Positions 48,702 through 58,016 of a stretch of 64,000 nt of DNA are shown here, piece by piece (within the stretch, counting starts at the first letter, position 1; each line of letters starts with the position of its first letter). The stretch is from Bacteroidetes bacterium MedPE-SWsnd-G2. GTDB lineage: Bacteria > Bacteroidota > Bacteroidia > Flavobacteriales > Flavobacteriaceae. The DNA is taken from the NCBI GenBank assembly GCA_001874335.1, contig MPDE01000012.1:25263-89262 (forward strand), read 5' to 3'. The translations under genes were made by a program, and so were the position numbers. The notes below the pieces were generated by a model. That model was not told where the DNA came from, searched no databases, and saw only the letters and a program-made list of their open reading frames with translations.

Positions 48702-50600
48702 TTAGTAGGCTCTTTCGTCGTTGCCTTCGTAAAAATTGATAAATGCACGGTTCACAACTCTAAATCCGCCAGGTGTTGGATAATCTCCAGTGAAATACCA
48801 ATCCCCCAAATTATCAGGACAAGCTTTATGAAGATTTTCTACAGGTTGGAAAATAGTCTCAACTCTAGCTTTTATACTTGGCTCAGAAATTAACTCTGCA
48901 ATTTTCTCTTCTAATTCTTCTTGAGTAAATGGATCGTAAATTTCTTTGACGTGATTTACTACATCTTTATCATCTAAGCCAACTTGAGCGATACATTTTT
49001 TATAAACAGAATCAACGATGTCTGTCATGTTTCTTTCTTCAAGTAATGCTAATGCTGCTTTAAATGCAATTAAGCCCTCTAGTTTAGCCATGTCTATTCC
49101 ATAACAGTCAGGATATCTAATTTGTGGAGCAGAAGATACTACAACTATCTTTTTAGGATTAAGACGATCCATCATTTTTATGATACTCTTTTTTAGAGTA
49201 GTACCTCTTACAATACTATCGTCAATTATGACCAAATTATCTGTTGATTTTACGACGCCATATGTAACATCGTAAACGTGAGCTACCAAATCATCTCGGC
49301 TACTGTCTTCAGTAATAAAGGTTCTTAGCTTAACATCCTTGATAGCAATTTTTTCAACACGTGAACGCTCAGATAATATTTCAGTAACCTTGGCTGCAGA
49401 AAGGTTGCCGTTTCCGTTTAAAATGGCTTGTGTTTTTTTCTGATTTAAGTGGTCTTCTAAAGCATCGACCATACCGTAAAACGAAGTTTCAGCAGTGTTT
49501 GGAATAAATGAAAAAACCGTGTTTCGAGTGTCTTTTTCAATAGATTCTAATACGCGTGGCATTAACAATTTTCCTAACATTTTACGCTCCTGGTATATGT
49601 CGGCATCACTACCTCTGGAAAAATAGATGCGCTCAAATGAGCATGCTTTACGTTCAATGGGGTTAATGATTTTTTTGATTACGGTTTCTCCAGATTTTTT
49701 GGTAATTATTGCATGGCCAGGAGTTAGCTCCTTAACATCATTAATATCTACATCAAAAACAGTTTGGATTACAGGTCGCTCTGAAGCAACAACTACCACT
49801 TCATCATCTTGGTAATAAAACGCAGGTCTAATTCCCGCCGGGTCTCTTAATACAAAAGAATCACCATGTCCTAATAATCCAGCCATGGCATAACCGCCAT
49901 CCCAGTTTTTAGAAGCTCTTTTTAAAATTTTAGCAACGTTTAGTCGCTCAGCTATTAATGGTGTACATTCTGCTTTAGAATAGCCCTCTTTTTTTAATTC
50001 TTTATAAAGTTTTGCAACTGCATCATCAAGAAAATGTCCGATTTTCTCCATAATGGTTACAGTGTCTGCTTTTTCTTTTGGGTGTTGTCCTAATTCTACT
50101 AAACCATCAAAAAGAGTATTAACATTGGTCATGTTAAAGTTTCCTGCAACAATCAGGTTTCTATGAGTCCAGTTATTTTGTCTTAAAAAAGGATGTACAC
50201 TTTCTACGCTGTTTTTTCCAAAAGTACCATATCTCACATGGCCTAAAAGTAATTCGCCGATATAAGGAATGTTCTTTTTTTGAAGCTCTACATCGTCAAG
50301 GTACTCAGGGTGCTCGGTAAATTCTTTGTTGATACGGGCATTAATTTGAGAAAAAATATCTTGAATAGGTTGCTGTTCGCAAGATCTTACTCGGCTAATG
50401 TAACGCTCACCTGGTTTTGTGTCTAATTTAATACTGGCTAAACCCGCACCGTCTTGACCACGGTTGTGCTGTTTTTCCATCATTAGATACATTTTGTTTA
50501 CGCCATAAAAAGCACTACCGTATTTTTTCTTGTAGTAGTCTAATGGTTTTAAAAGTCTTATGAGTGCAATTCCGCATTCATGTTTTAAAGCATCGCTCAT
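48702..50600 (-). CDS. purF: Amidophosphoribosyltransferase (long Bacteroidota-type class II glutamine amidotransferase)
   Basis: N-terminal HECGIALIRL (catalytic Cys) and the PRPP-binding VIIDDSIVRGTT. Confidence 0.93.
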   Translation of the reverse strand: MSDALKHECGIALIRLLKPLDYYKKKYGSAFYGVNKMYLMMEKQHNRGQDGAGLASIKLDTKPGERYISRVRSCEQQPIQDIFSQINARINKEFTEHPEYLDDVELQKKNIPYIGELLLGHVRYGTFGKNSVESVHPFLRQNNWTHRNLIVAGNFNMTNVNTLFDGLVELGQHPKEKADTVTIMEKIGHFLDDAVAKLYKELKKEGYSKAECTPLIAERLNVAKILKRASKNWDGGYAMAGLLGHGDSFVLRDPAGIRPAFYYQDDEVVVVASERPVIQTVFDVDINDVKELTPGHAIITKKSGETVIKKIINPIERKACSFERIYFSRGSDADIYQERKMLGKLLMPRVLESIEKDTRNTVFSFIPNTAETSFYGMVDALEDHLNQKKTQAILNGNGNLSAAKVTEILSERSRVEKIAIKDVKLRTFITEDSSRDDLVAHVYDVTYGVVKSTDNLVIIDDSIVRGTTLKKSIIKMMDRLNPKKIVVVSSAPQIRYPDCYGIDMAKLEGLIAFKAALALLEERNMTDIVDSVYKKCIAQVGLDDKDVVNHVKEIYDPFTQEELEEKIAELISEPSIKARVETIFQPVENLHKACPDNLGDWYFTGDYPTPGGFRVVNRAFINFYEGNDERAY

Positions 50601-50620
50601 TTTTAGTAGTTGTGTATATT

Positions 50621-50650
50621 AAATAAAAACGCGCCCAATTTTAGGCGCGA
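50621..50650 (-). terminator. Intrinsic terminator after the pfkB-family gene
   Basis: Hairpin cgcgcc-loop-ggcgcg, followed on the minus strand by tttttattt. Confidence 0.7.
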
Positions 50651-50654
50651 ATGT

Positions 50655-51581
50655 TTATGTTAATTCAATTTCAAATTGGGTTAAGTTTTTAAACTGAAGC
50701 AAGCGTCGACGAATATCTTCGTTGTCCAAGTTTTCCATGCGCTGAGTTCCAAATTTCTCCACACAGAAAGACGCTAAAGTTGAGCCGTATATTACAGCGT
50801 TTTTAAGGTTTTCAAAAGAAATATCTCCCGTTTTAGCAAGGTATCCTGCAAAACCACCAGCAAAGGTGTCGCCAGCTCCTGTTGGATCAAATACTTCTTC
50901 TAAAGGCAATGCAGGTGCATAAAATACATTGTCGTTATAAAACAATAATGCACCGTGTTCACCCTTCTTAATTACAACATATTTAGGACCCATTTCATGA
51001 ATCTTTCTAGCGGCAACAACCAATGAGTATTCTCCAGTAAGTTGTCTCGCTTCTTCATCATTAATTGTAATGACATCTACGCGCTTAATAACTTGAAGTA
51101 AATCATCTAAAGCATTGTCCATCCAGAAATTCATGGTGTCTAATATTGCCATTTTTGGCTTTTTAGACATTTGATTTAAAACATCCATTTGAACCATTGG
51201 ATGTAAATTCCCTAACATCACAATCTCTGCATCTCTATAATCTTGAGGGACTACAGGTCTAAAGTCAGCAAGGACGTTAAGTTCCGTTGATAGAGTATCT
51301 CTAGAATTCATATCGTTATGATATCTTCCGCTCCAAAAGAATGTTTTTCCATCTTTTACGGTTTCAATTCCAGAAATATCTATGTTTTTATTGCTCAAAA
51401 GATCTAAATAATCTTGAGGAAAATCACCTCCTACAACAGATACTATTGAAGAGTCAATATTAAAATGCGAAGCAGCAAGGCCGATAAACGTTGCAGCACC
51501 ACCTAAAATTTTATCTGTCTTCCCGAATGGTGTTTCAATAGCATCAAATGCTACTGTCCCTACTATGACTAATTTGTTCAT
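50655..51581 (-). CDS. PfkB-family carbohydrate/nucleoside kinase
   Basis: N-terminal GG motif (LGGAATF) and the C-terminal DPTGAGDTFAGGF signature. Confidence 0.88.
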   Translation of the reverse strand: MNKLVIVGTVAFDAIETPFGKTDKILGGAATFIGLAASHFNIDSSIVSVVGGDFPQDYLDLLSNKNIDISGIETVKDGKTFFWSGRYHNDMNSRDTLSTELNVLADFRPVVPQDYRDAEIVMLGNLHPMVQMDVLNQMSKKPKMAILDTMNFWMDNALDDLLQVIKRVDVITINDEEARQLTGEYSLVVAARKIHEMGPKYVVIKKGEHGALLFYNDNVFYAPALPLEEVFDPTGAGDTFAGGFAGYLAKTGDISFENLKNAVIYGSTLASFCVEKFGTQRMENLDNEDIRRRLLQFKNLTQFEIELT

Positions 51582-51700
51582 GAATTAAGCTTAAAAATTT
51601 TTGCAAATATAAGGGGATTAAATTTATTATTCACGCGTAAATAAATGATTTTAAATTTTTGAAAATTTGCTCTTTAGCATTGTTTTATTATATTTCTACT

Positions 51701-52300
51701 ATGAATAGATTAATGGTAATTATTGCTTTTTTTGTAGGGTTCACCGGTGTTGTAAGAGGACAGATTGGTGTTGGTACAAATAACCCTACAGCAGAGTTGG
51801 AAGTTGAAACTGAAAATGCAGGTTTACCTGCTTTAGAATTAAACCCTCAAACTAACCCAGTTGGTACTGATGCTGGACAAATTGCAGTAATTGGTGACGA
51901 ATTGTATATGTATGATGCTTCAAGAAGTAAATGGCTGTCTATGGCTACCATGCCGCTACAATTTGGAAGAAATGGCGCGACTACAGCACAAAACATTCAT
52001 TTTGGAGGTAATATGGTTAGTGCTTTAAGTGGGCCATTAATGCCTAAAGACGGAACTATTATCGGTATTACTATAAATTCTGCTAATGGTAATGCTACTA
52101 AAGAGTTTGAAATTAGAGTTAGAAATGATAATTCAACCTTGAGTACAGAGTCGGTGAACTTGGTAGATAATGTTTATAATAGCATTTCTCATAATATCGA
52201 TTTTTCCTCAGGAGATTATATTACAGTAAGAGCAAGAGATAACGGTAATGGTGATGTTATTGATCCCGCAATAGTGGTGTGGGTTAAGTGGAGAGGTTAA
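51701..52300 (+). CDS. Secreted hypothetical protein
   Basis: I prefer the ATG at 51701 (MNRLMVIIAFFVGFTGVVRGQ signal peptide) over the TTG at 51659. The mature N-terminus is IGVGTNNPTAELEV. Confidence 0.6.
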   Translation: MNRLMVIIAFFVGFTGVVRGQIGVGTNNPTAELEVETENAGLPALELNPQTNPVGTDAGQIAVIGDELYMYDASRSKWLSMATMPLQFGRNGATTAQNIHFGGNMVSALSGPLMPKDGTIIGITINSANGNATKEFEIRVRNDNSTLSTESVNLVDNVYNSISHNIDFSSGDYITVRARDNGNGDVIDPAIVVWVKWRG

Positions 52301-52936
52301 TTACTTTCTGCCAAAATCAGCTGGTATTTCACCCCAAGCTTTAGTTTCCCATTTTACTATTGTAGTGGTATAGGGGTTTGTGTTTAACCATGCTTCAGCA
52401 CGGCTAACGAGTTCAAATACAGCCTTATTTTTTTGGTTTTCTTGCAATTTTGTGTTGCATTTTTTCTTTCTGACCCAACTCATTGCAGTCCTTGAATCAG
52501 TATAAATAATACGATTGCTATTTTGTTTTTTTAAAAATGCTAATCCATGAACAATGGCAAGAAACTCACCAATATTATTAGTGCCTTGATCAAAGGGGCC
52601 TTGAATAAACAATTGTTTTTTAGAAGCAGTATCAACACCTCGGTACTCCATTATGCCTGGGTTGCCGCTTGAAGCTGCATCAACAGAAATTGAGTTTAAA
52701 TTAGGCTGTCCAATTTTTTCTAATTCCTGCTTGCTTAAGCTCGAGACCTTTGCTTTTCCGATATAATCTGAGTACTTACCATTAAAGGCCTTTTGAGCTG
52801 CTTCAAGTGATTCAAATGATTTGTATTGCGCTCCTTTATAATCGGAAATGTGCTTTTTACAGGTTTTCCAATTATCAAAAACTCCCGTTTTATGACCTTG
52901 CCAAATGGTGTAATATTTCTTTTTAGCCTTAGCCAT
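52301..52936 (-). CDS. rnhA: Ribonuclease HI with an N-terminal hybrid-binding (caulimovirus-VI-like) domain
   Basis: N-terminal YYTIWQGHKTGVF..W..C......GAQYKSFESLEAAQKAF. RNase H core with DAASSGNPG, GTNNIGEFLA and YTDS. Confidence 0.9.
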   Translation of the reverse strand: MAKAKKKYYTIWQGHKTGVFDNWKTCKKHISDYKGAQYKSFESLEAAQKAFNGKYSDYIGKAKVSSLSKQELEKIGQPNLNSISVDAASSGNPGIMEYRGVDTASKKQLFIQGPFDQGTNNIGEFLAIVHGLAFLKKQNSNRIIYTDSRTAMSWVRKKKCNTKLQENQKNKAVFELVSRAEAWLNTNPYTTTIVKWETKAWGEIPADFGRK

Positions 52937-53498
52937 TTGACAGTAATTTGTTAACTACTTTAGGGAAATGTTCCATTTCTAACTCATGGATTTTTGAAGC
53001 CACATCACTTGGAGAATCTGTAGGTAATACATCGCATTTACCTTGAAAAATTATGGCGCCTTCATCATAATTTTCATTCACATAATGAATGGTAATCCCA
53101 CTTTCCGTTTCCTTATTAGCAACAACAGCTTCATGAACATGTGAACCATACATTCCTTTTCCTCCAAATTTAGGAAGCAATGCCGGATGCACATTGATTA
53201 CTTTGTTATTGAACACTTCAAGGAGAGATTCAGGGAATTTCCATAAGAAACCTGCCAATACAATAAGGTCTGGTTGTTCACTTATTAATAAAGATTTAAT
53301 CGTGTTTTGGTCATAAAATGAACTTCTATTAAAACTAAGGCACGGAATTTTTAGTCTATTGCAGCGGTCAATTACTTTGGCTTTTGGGTTATTTGTCAAC
53401 ACCATTACCACCTTTGCTGAGCTGGTTTGATTGAAATAAGAGATTAGATTTTCGGCATTAGAGCCTGATCCTGAGGCAAAAACAACAATTCGTTTCAT
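52929..53498 (-). CDS. purN: Phosphoribosylglycinamide formyltransferase
   Basis: MKRIVVFASGSGSN and NVHPALLPKFGG motifs. I prefer the ATG at 53498 over the GTG at 53522. The stop overlaps the rnhA start by 8 nt. Confidence 0.92.
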   Translation of the reverse strand: MKRIVVFASGSGSNAENLISYFNQTSSAKVVMVLTNNPKAKVIDRCNRLKIPCLSFNRSSFYDQNTIKSLLISEQPDLIVLAGFLWKFPESLLEVFNNKVINVHPALLPKFGGKGMYGSHVHEAVVANKETESGITIHYVNENYDEGAIIFQGKCDVLPTDSPSDVASKIHELEMEHFPKVVNKLLSNG

Positions 53499-53639
53499 TT
53501 CTGGCTTAAAAATTAGTAACACCGCAAAAAAAAGAATAAAAAATTGTTTCCAAGCATATAAATAGGAGAACTTATTTTAGAATTTCTTAATTTCACTATA
53601 CATTTTTGAAGTATTGGTGTGTATTAAAATAAAGTTTTT

Positions 53640-53647
53640 TATTTTTG
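53640..53647 (+). promoter_or_regulatory. Candidate -7 box TATTTTTG upstream of acpP
   Basis: Exact TAnnTTTG match about 31 nt upstream of the ATG at 53679. Confidence 0.45.
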
Positions 53648-53678
53648 CAGCCTAATTAAAACTTAAAATAAGAAGATT

Positions 53679-53912
53679 ATGTCAGACATTGCATCAAGAG
53701 TAAAAGCGATTATCGTAGACAAATTAGGTGTTGATGAAAACGAAGTTGTAACTGAAGCTAGCTTCACTAACGATTTAGGAGCAGATTCATTAGACACTGT
53801 TGAATTAATTATGGAATTTGAAAAAGAATTTGATATTCAAATCCCAGATGATCAAGCTGAAAACATTGCAACAGTTGGTCAAGCTATATCATATATTGAA
53901 GCTGCAAAATAA
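53679..53912 (+). CDS. acpP: Acyl carrier protein
   Basis: [16 protein letters not shown] phosphopantetheine attachment motif. Confidence 0.97.
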   Translation: MSDIASRVKAIIVDKLGVDENEVVTEASFTNDLGADSLDTVELIMEFEKEFDIQIPDDQAENIATVGQAISYIEAAK

Positions 53913-53923
53913 GTAAATACTTT

Positions 53924-55174
53924 ATGGAAATTAAGCGAGTTGTTGTTACAGGTTTAGGTGCTCTTACACCAATAGGAAATACCAAAGATGAATATTGGGA
54001 TGCTCTTGTTAGTGGTAAAAGTGGTGCTGCGCCTATAACATATTTTGATACTGAAAAGTTCAAGACTAAATTCGCTTGCGAATTAAAAAACTTTGTCCCA
54101 ACAGACTTTCTTGATAGAAAAGAAGCTCGTAAAATGGATAGGTTTGCACAATACGCAATGGTGGCTTCTGATGAGGCAATTGTAGATGCAAAACTAAACC
54201 TTGATGAGGTGAATAAATTGAGAGTTGGTGTAATTTGGGGCGCGGGAATTGGTGGTCTTGAAACATTTCAGAATGAGGTGTTAAACTATGCTCAAGGGGA
54301 TGGTTCGCCAAGATTTAATCCATTCTTTATTCCAAAAATGATTGCAGATATTGCGCCTGGAAATATTTCTATTAAACATGGATTTATGGGGCCTAACTAT
54401 ACTACAGTTTCTGCTTGTGCTTCTTCTGCAAACGCAATGATTGATGCCTTGAACTATATTCGTTTAGGTCATTGTGATGTTATTGTAACAGGAGGAAGTG
54501 AAGCCGCAGTAACAATTGCTGGTATGGGAGGGTTTAATGCGATGCATGCGTTATCGACAAGAAATGAAAGTCCAGAAACTGCTTCGAGACCATTTGATGC
54601 AACCAGAGATGGTTTTGTGTTAGGAGAAGGAGCAGGGGCTATAATTCTTGAAGAATATGAGCATGCTAAAGCAAGAGGAGCAAAAATTTATGCTGAAGTA
54701 GTAGGAGGCGGATTGTCTTCTGATGCTCACCATATGACAGCACCTCATCCAGAAGGTATCGGTGTTATAGCTGTAATGAAAAATTGTTTAGAGAATGCGG
54801 GTATGAAACCAGAAGATGTGGATCATATCAACACGCATGGAACCTCTACGCCACTTGGGGATGTTGCCGAATTAAAAGCAATTTCAGAAGTGTTCGGTGA
54901 ACATGCAAAAAACATCAATATAAACTCAACAAAATCTATGACTGGTCACCTGTTAGGTGCTGCCGGAGCCGTAGAGTCTATTGCTTCTATTTTAGCAATG
55001 GAAAACGGAATTGTTCCTCCAACAATTAATCATAGTGTCGTTGATGAAAACATTGATGGATCATTAAATTTAACGCTTAATAAACCGCAAAAGCGAGATA
55101 TTAAGGTTGCAATGAGTAATACATTTGGCTTTGGAGGTCATAATGCTTGTGTATTATTTAAAAAATTAGATTAA
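53924..55174 (+). CDS. fabF: 3-oxoacyl-ACP synthase II
   Basis: Active-site Cys in VSACASSANA, then HMTAPHPEG, NTHGTSTPLGD and GFGGHNA. Confidence 0.96.
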   Translation: MEIKRVVVTGLGALTPIGNTKDEYWDALVSGKSGAAPITYFDTEKFKTKFACELKNFVPTDFLDRKEARKMDRFAQYAMVASDEAIVDAKLNLDEVNKLRVGVIWGAGIGGLETFQNEVLNYAQGDGSPRFNPFFIPKMIADIAPGNISIKHGFMGPNYTTVSACASSANAMIDALNYIRLGHCDVIVTGGSEAAVTIAGMGGFNAMHALSTRNESPETASRPFDATRDGFVLGEGAGAIILEEYEHAKARGAKIYAEVVGGGLSSDAHHMTAPHPEGIGVIAVMKNCLENAGMKPEDVDHINTHGTSTPLGDVAELKAISEVFGEHAKNININSTKSMTGHLLGAAGAVESIASILAMENGIVPPTINHSVVDENIDGSLNLTLNKPQKRDIKVAMSNTFGFGGHNACVLFKKLD

Positions 55175-55182
55175 AATCCCGA

Positions 55183-55932
55183 ATGAAATATTTTCGTAAC
55201 ATATTAAATTCCCGTTCTGAAACAAACGGGAATTTTTTTTTAGAAATACGAAAAATATTAGGATTTAAGGTCAAAAACAGAAAACTCTACAAAAAAGCCT
55301 TTACCCATCGTTCCATGAATATCAAGGACGATAAAGGCAATCCTTTAAATTACGAACGACTTGAATTTGTAGGTGATGCTATGCTAAGTTCAGTAATAGC
55401 TGCTTATTTGTTTAAAGAAGTGCCACAAGGTGACGAGGGTTATCTTACAAAGATGAGATCTAAAGTTGTAAGTAGAGAGCATCTTAATGAATTAGGTAAA
55501 GAGTTGAGACTTATTGACTTAGTGGTGAGTAAGATCCCAAAATCTAATTTTGGAAACAACATTCATGGTAATATCTTTGAAGCTTTAGTTGGTGCCATAT
55601 TTTTAGATCTGGGTTATAAATATTGCGAACGTTTTATCTATGAGAAGGTTATCAATCCGCATGTTGATATTGAAACTTTAGAAGGAAAGGTAATTAGTTA
55701 TAAAAGCCTGCTCATAGAGTGGTGTCAAAAGGAGAAGAAGACTTTTGATTATAATGTTTATGAAGATACAGGAAATGATAATCTTAAGCATTTTTCTGTA
55801 AAGCTATCTATCAACAATAAGTTGGTAGCTAAGGGCAGAGCAACTTCAAAAAAGAAGGCCGAAGAGAAGGCCTCAAAACGCGCCTTTTTTGCTTACCAAG
55901 GAAGAATTAAGAATACAGCACAATCTCATTGA
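55183..55932 (+). CDS. rnc: Ribonuclease III
   Basis: ERLEFVGDAML signature and a C-terminal dsRBD ending KKKAEEKASKRA. Confidence 0.94.
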   Translation: MKYFRNILNSRSETNGNFFLEIRKILGFKVKNRKLYKKAFTHRSMNIKDDKGNPLNYERLEFVGDAMLSSVIAAYLFKEVPQGDEGYLTKMRSKVVSREHLNELGKELRLIDLVVSKIPKSNFGNNIHGNIFEALVGAIFLDLGYKYCERFIYEKVINPHVDIETLEGKVISYKSLLIEWCQKEKKTFDYNVYEDTGNDNLKHFSVKLSINNKLVAKGRATSKKKAEEKASKRAFFAYQGRIKNTAQSH

Positions 55933-56026
55933 GATATTCTTAGTTATTTAAACATTGCGCAAACGATTTCGTAATAAAATTGCGCAATAAATTGCAATTC
56001 TTCATATTTAACTAACTTTAATATTT

Positions 56027-56034
56027 TATCTTTG
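56027..56034 (+). promoter_or_regulatory. Candidate -7 box TATCTTTG
   Basis: Exact TAnnTTTG match ending 14 nt upstream of the ATG at 56049. Confidence 0.45.
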
Positions 56035-56048
56035 CCTTTGGTATTTAT

Positions 56049-56531
56049 ATGGCGTTACACAAGTTACAGTTGGAAGATTTTTATGATGACGAATTTGCAT
56101 TATTCGCAATTCACTGTAATTTGGAACCCTATAGATTAGCATTTATGCTTAATCGACAATTAAAAATTAGGCTTGCAAGAACTGAGGATGATTTAGATTA
56201 CAATTACCTAGAGGCTTCATTTTCGCTTTTTGAATGGGATAATGAACAAGAATATACCACTTGGAATTTGGTTTCTAACATTTGTAAAAGGGAGGAAGAT
56301 AGTTTGCAAAGTTCAGGGTCTTTGTTTGAAGGCTCCCATAAAATTTTAAAGTCGTATTACTTATGTCCCGAATTTAAAAATGTAGATTACTTTTTAAAAA
56401 TTAGTAGCGAAGGTACGCCATACAATGAAAAAGTAATTTTAGACCACCTACAGGCAATACCGCAAATAATTACATCCTATTGTGTGGATGTTTCAGATAT
56501 AAAATCGAAGGATAATTTAATTTTCAAATAA
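56049..56531 (+). CDS. IPExxxVDY-family protein (function unknown)
   Basis: Contains CPEFKNVDYFLKI, which fits the PExxxVDY core. Its stop (TAA) overlaps the pyk ATG by 1 nt (TAATG). The family name is from memory. Confidence 0.7.
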   Translation: MALHKLQLEDFYDDEFALFAIHCNLEPYRLAFMLNRQLKIRLARTEDDLDYNYLEASFSLFEWDNEQEYTTWNLVSNICKREEDSLQSSGSLFEGSHKILKSYYLCPEFKNVDYFLKISSEGTPYNEKVILDHLQAIPQIITSYCVDVSDIKSKDNLIFK

Positions 56532-57961
56532 TGTCAAATCGTAAGAAAACAAAAATTGTAGCAACGTTAGGCCCAGCTACAAGTTCAAAAGAAGTTCTAA
56601 AAGGAATGCTTGAAGCAGGGGCAAATGTGTTTCGTATTAATTTTTCACATGCCGATTATAGCGATGTTGCCGAGCGTATTACAATGATTCGTGAGTTGAA
56701 TGAAGAGTATGGATATACAGCAGCAATTTTAGGAGACTTACAAGGTCCTAAGTTGAGAGTTGGTGTAATGAAAGGTGAAGTTGTAGTTAATGAAGGGGAT
56801 GAAATTGTTTTTGCTACTGGTGAGCGATTTGAAGGTACAAAAGACAGGGTTTATATGACCTACGATCGTTTTCCACAAGATGCTAAAGCTGGTGAACGAA
56901 TTTTATTGGATGACGGAAAATTAATTTTTGAAGTAGTTTCTACAGACGGCACATCAGAAGTTAAAGCCAGAGTTATTCAAGGAGGACCTTTGCGTTCAAA
57001 AAAGGGAGTTAATTTGCCTAATACAAATATTTCTCAGCCAGCATTAACGGAGAAGGATATTGAAGATGCTAAGTTTGCTATAAGTCAAGGTGTGGATTGG
57101 ATAGCCCTTTCGTTTGTTAGACATGCTACAGATTTAATGGAGCTTGAAGAATTGATTAGTGAGCATAGCGAACATAAAATTCCGATAATTGCTAAAATTG
57201 AGAAGCCTGAAGCTGTAGAAAATATTGATAAGATCGTTGCGTATTGTGACGGATTAATGGTTGCACGTGGTGATTTAGGTGTTGAGGTGCCTGCAGAACA
57301 AGTGCCTTTAATTCAGAAAAAATTAGTGCTTAGAGCTAAAAGAGCTCGTATTCCTGTAATCATTGCAACTCAAATGATGGAGACAATGATTTCAAGTCTT
57401 ACGCCTACAAGAGCTGAGGTAAATGATGTTGCCAATTCTGTAATGGATGGAGCTGATGCCGTAATGTTATCTGGTGAAACTTCTGTTGGTAGCTATCCCG
57501 TACAGGTGATTCAACAAATGTCAAACATTGTTAAAACTGTAGAAGATTCACCATTAATTGAAGTGCCACAATCTCCTCCGCATATTAAAACAAATAGATA
57601 TATAACTAAAGCTATATGTTTCCATGCAGCTCATATGGCAAATGAAATAAACGCTAAGGCTATTTCTACCTTAACCAATAGTGGTTATACAGCGTTTCAA
57701 ATTGCAGCTTGGAGGCCTTCTGCTAATATTTTGGTTTTTACTTCAAACAAAAGAATTTTAACTCAGTTAAGTTTGCTTTGGGGAGTTAAGGCGTTTTATT
57801 ACGATAAATATGTGTCTACTGATGATACAATTGAAGACGTAAATAAAATTGCCATCGATCAAGGTTATCTTGAATCAGGTGATATGACCATTGCTTTAGC
57901 TGCAATGCCAATTAAAACAAAAGGAATGGTAAACACTTTACGTGTTACCGAAATTGAATAA
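56531..57961 (+). CDS. pyk: Pyruvate kinase
   Basis: KTKIVATLGPA, RINFSHA, MVARGDLGVE and ATQMMETM motifs. Confidence 0.96.
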   Translation: MSNRKKTKIVATLGPATSSKEVLKGMLEAGANVFRINFSHADYSDVAERITMIRELNEEYGYTAAILGDLQGPKLRVGVMKGEVVVNEGDEIVFATGERFEGTKDRVYMTYDRFPQDAKAGERILLDDGKLIFEVVSTDGTSEVKARVIQGGPLRSKKGVNLPNTNISQPALTEKDIEDAKFAISQGVDWIALSFVRHATDLMELEELISEHSEHKIPIIAKIEKPEAVENIDKIVAYCDGLMVARGDLGVEVPAEQVPLIQKKLVLRAKRARIPVIIATQMMETMISSLTPTRAEVNDVANSVMDGADAVMLSGETSVGSYPVQVIQQMSNIVKTVEDSPLIEVPQSPPHIKTNRYITKAICFHAAHMANEINAKAISTLTNSGYTAFQIAAWRPSANILVFTSNKRILTQLSLLWGVKAFYYDKYVSTDDTIEDVNKIAIDQGYLESGDMTIALAAMPIKTKGMVNTLRVTEIE

Positions 57962-57980
57962 AACATTATTGGGGTTATTT

Positions 57981-58016
57981 AAAAAAAGCATCTTGTTTAA
58001 CGAGATGCTTTTTTTG
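57981..58016. terminator. Bidirectional intrinsic terminator between pyk and dinB
   Basis: Hairpin agcatcttg-tttaa-cgagatgct flanked by A7 and T7. Confidence 0.8.
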
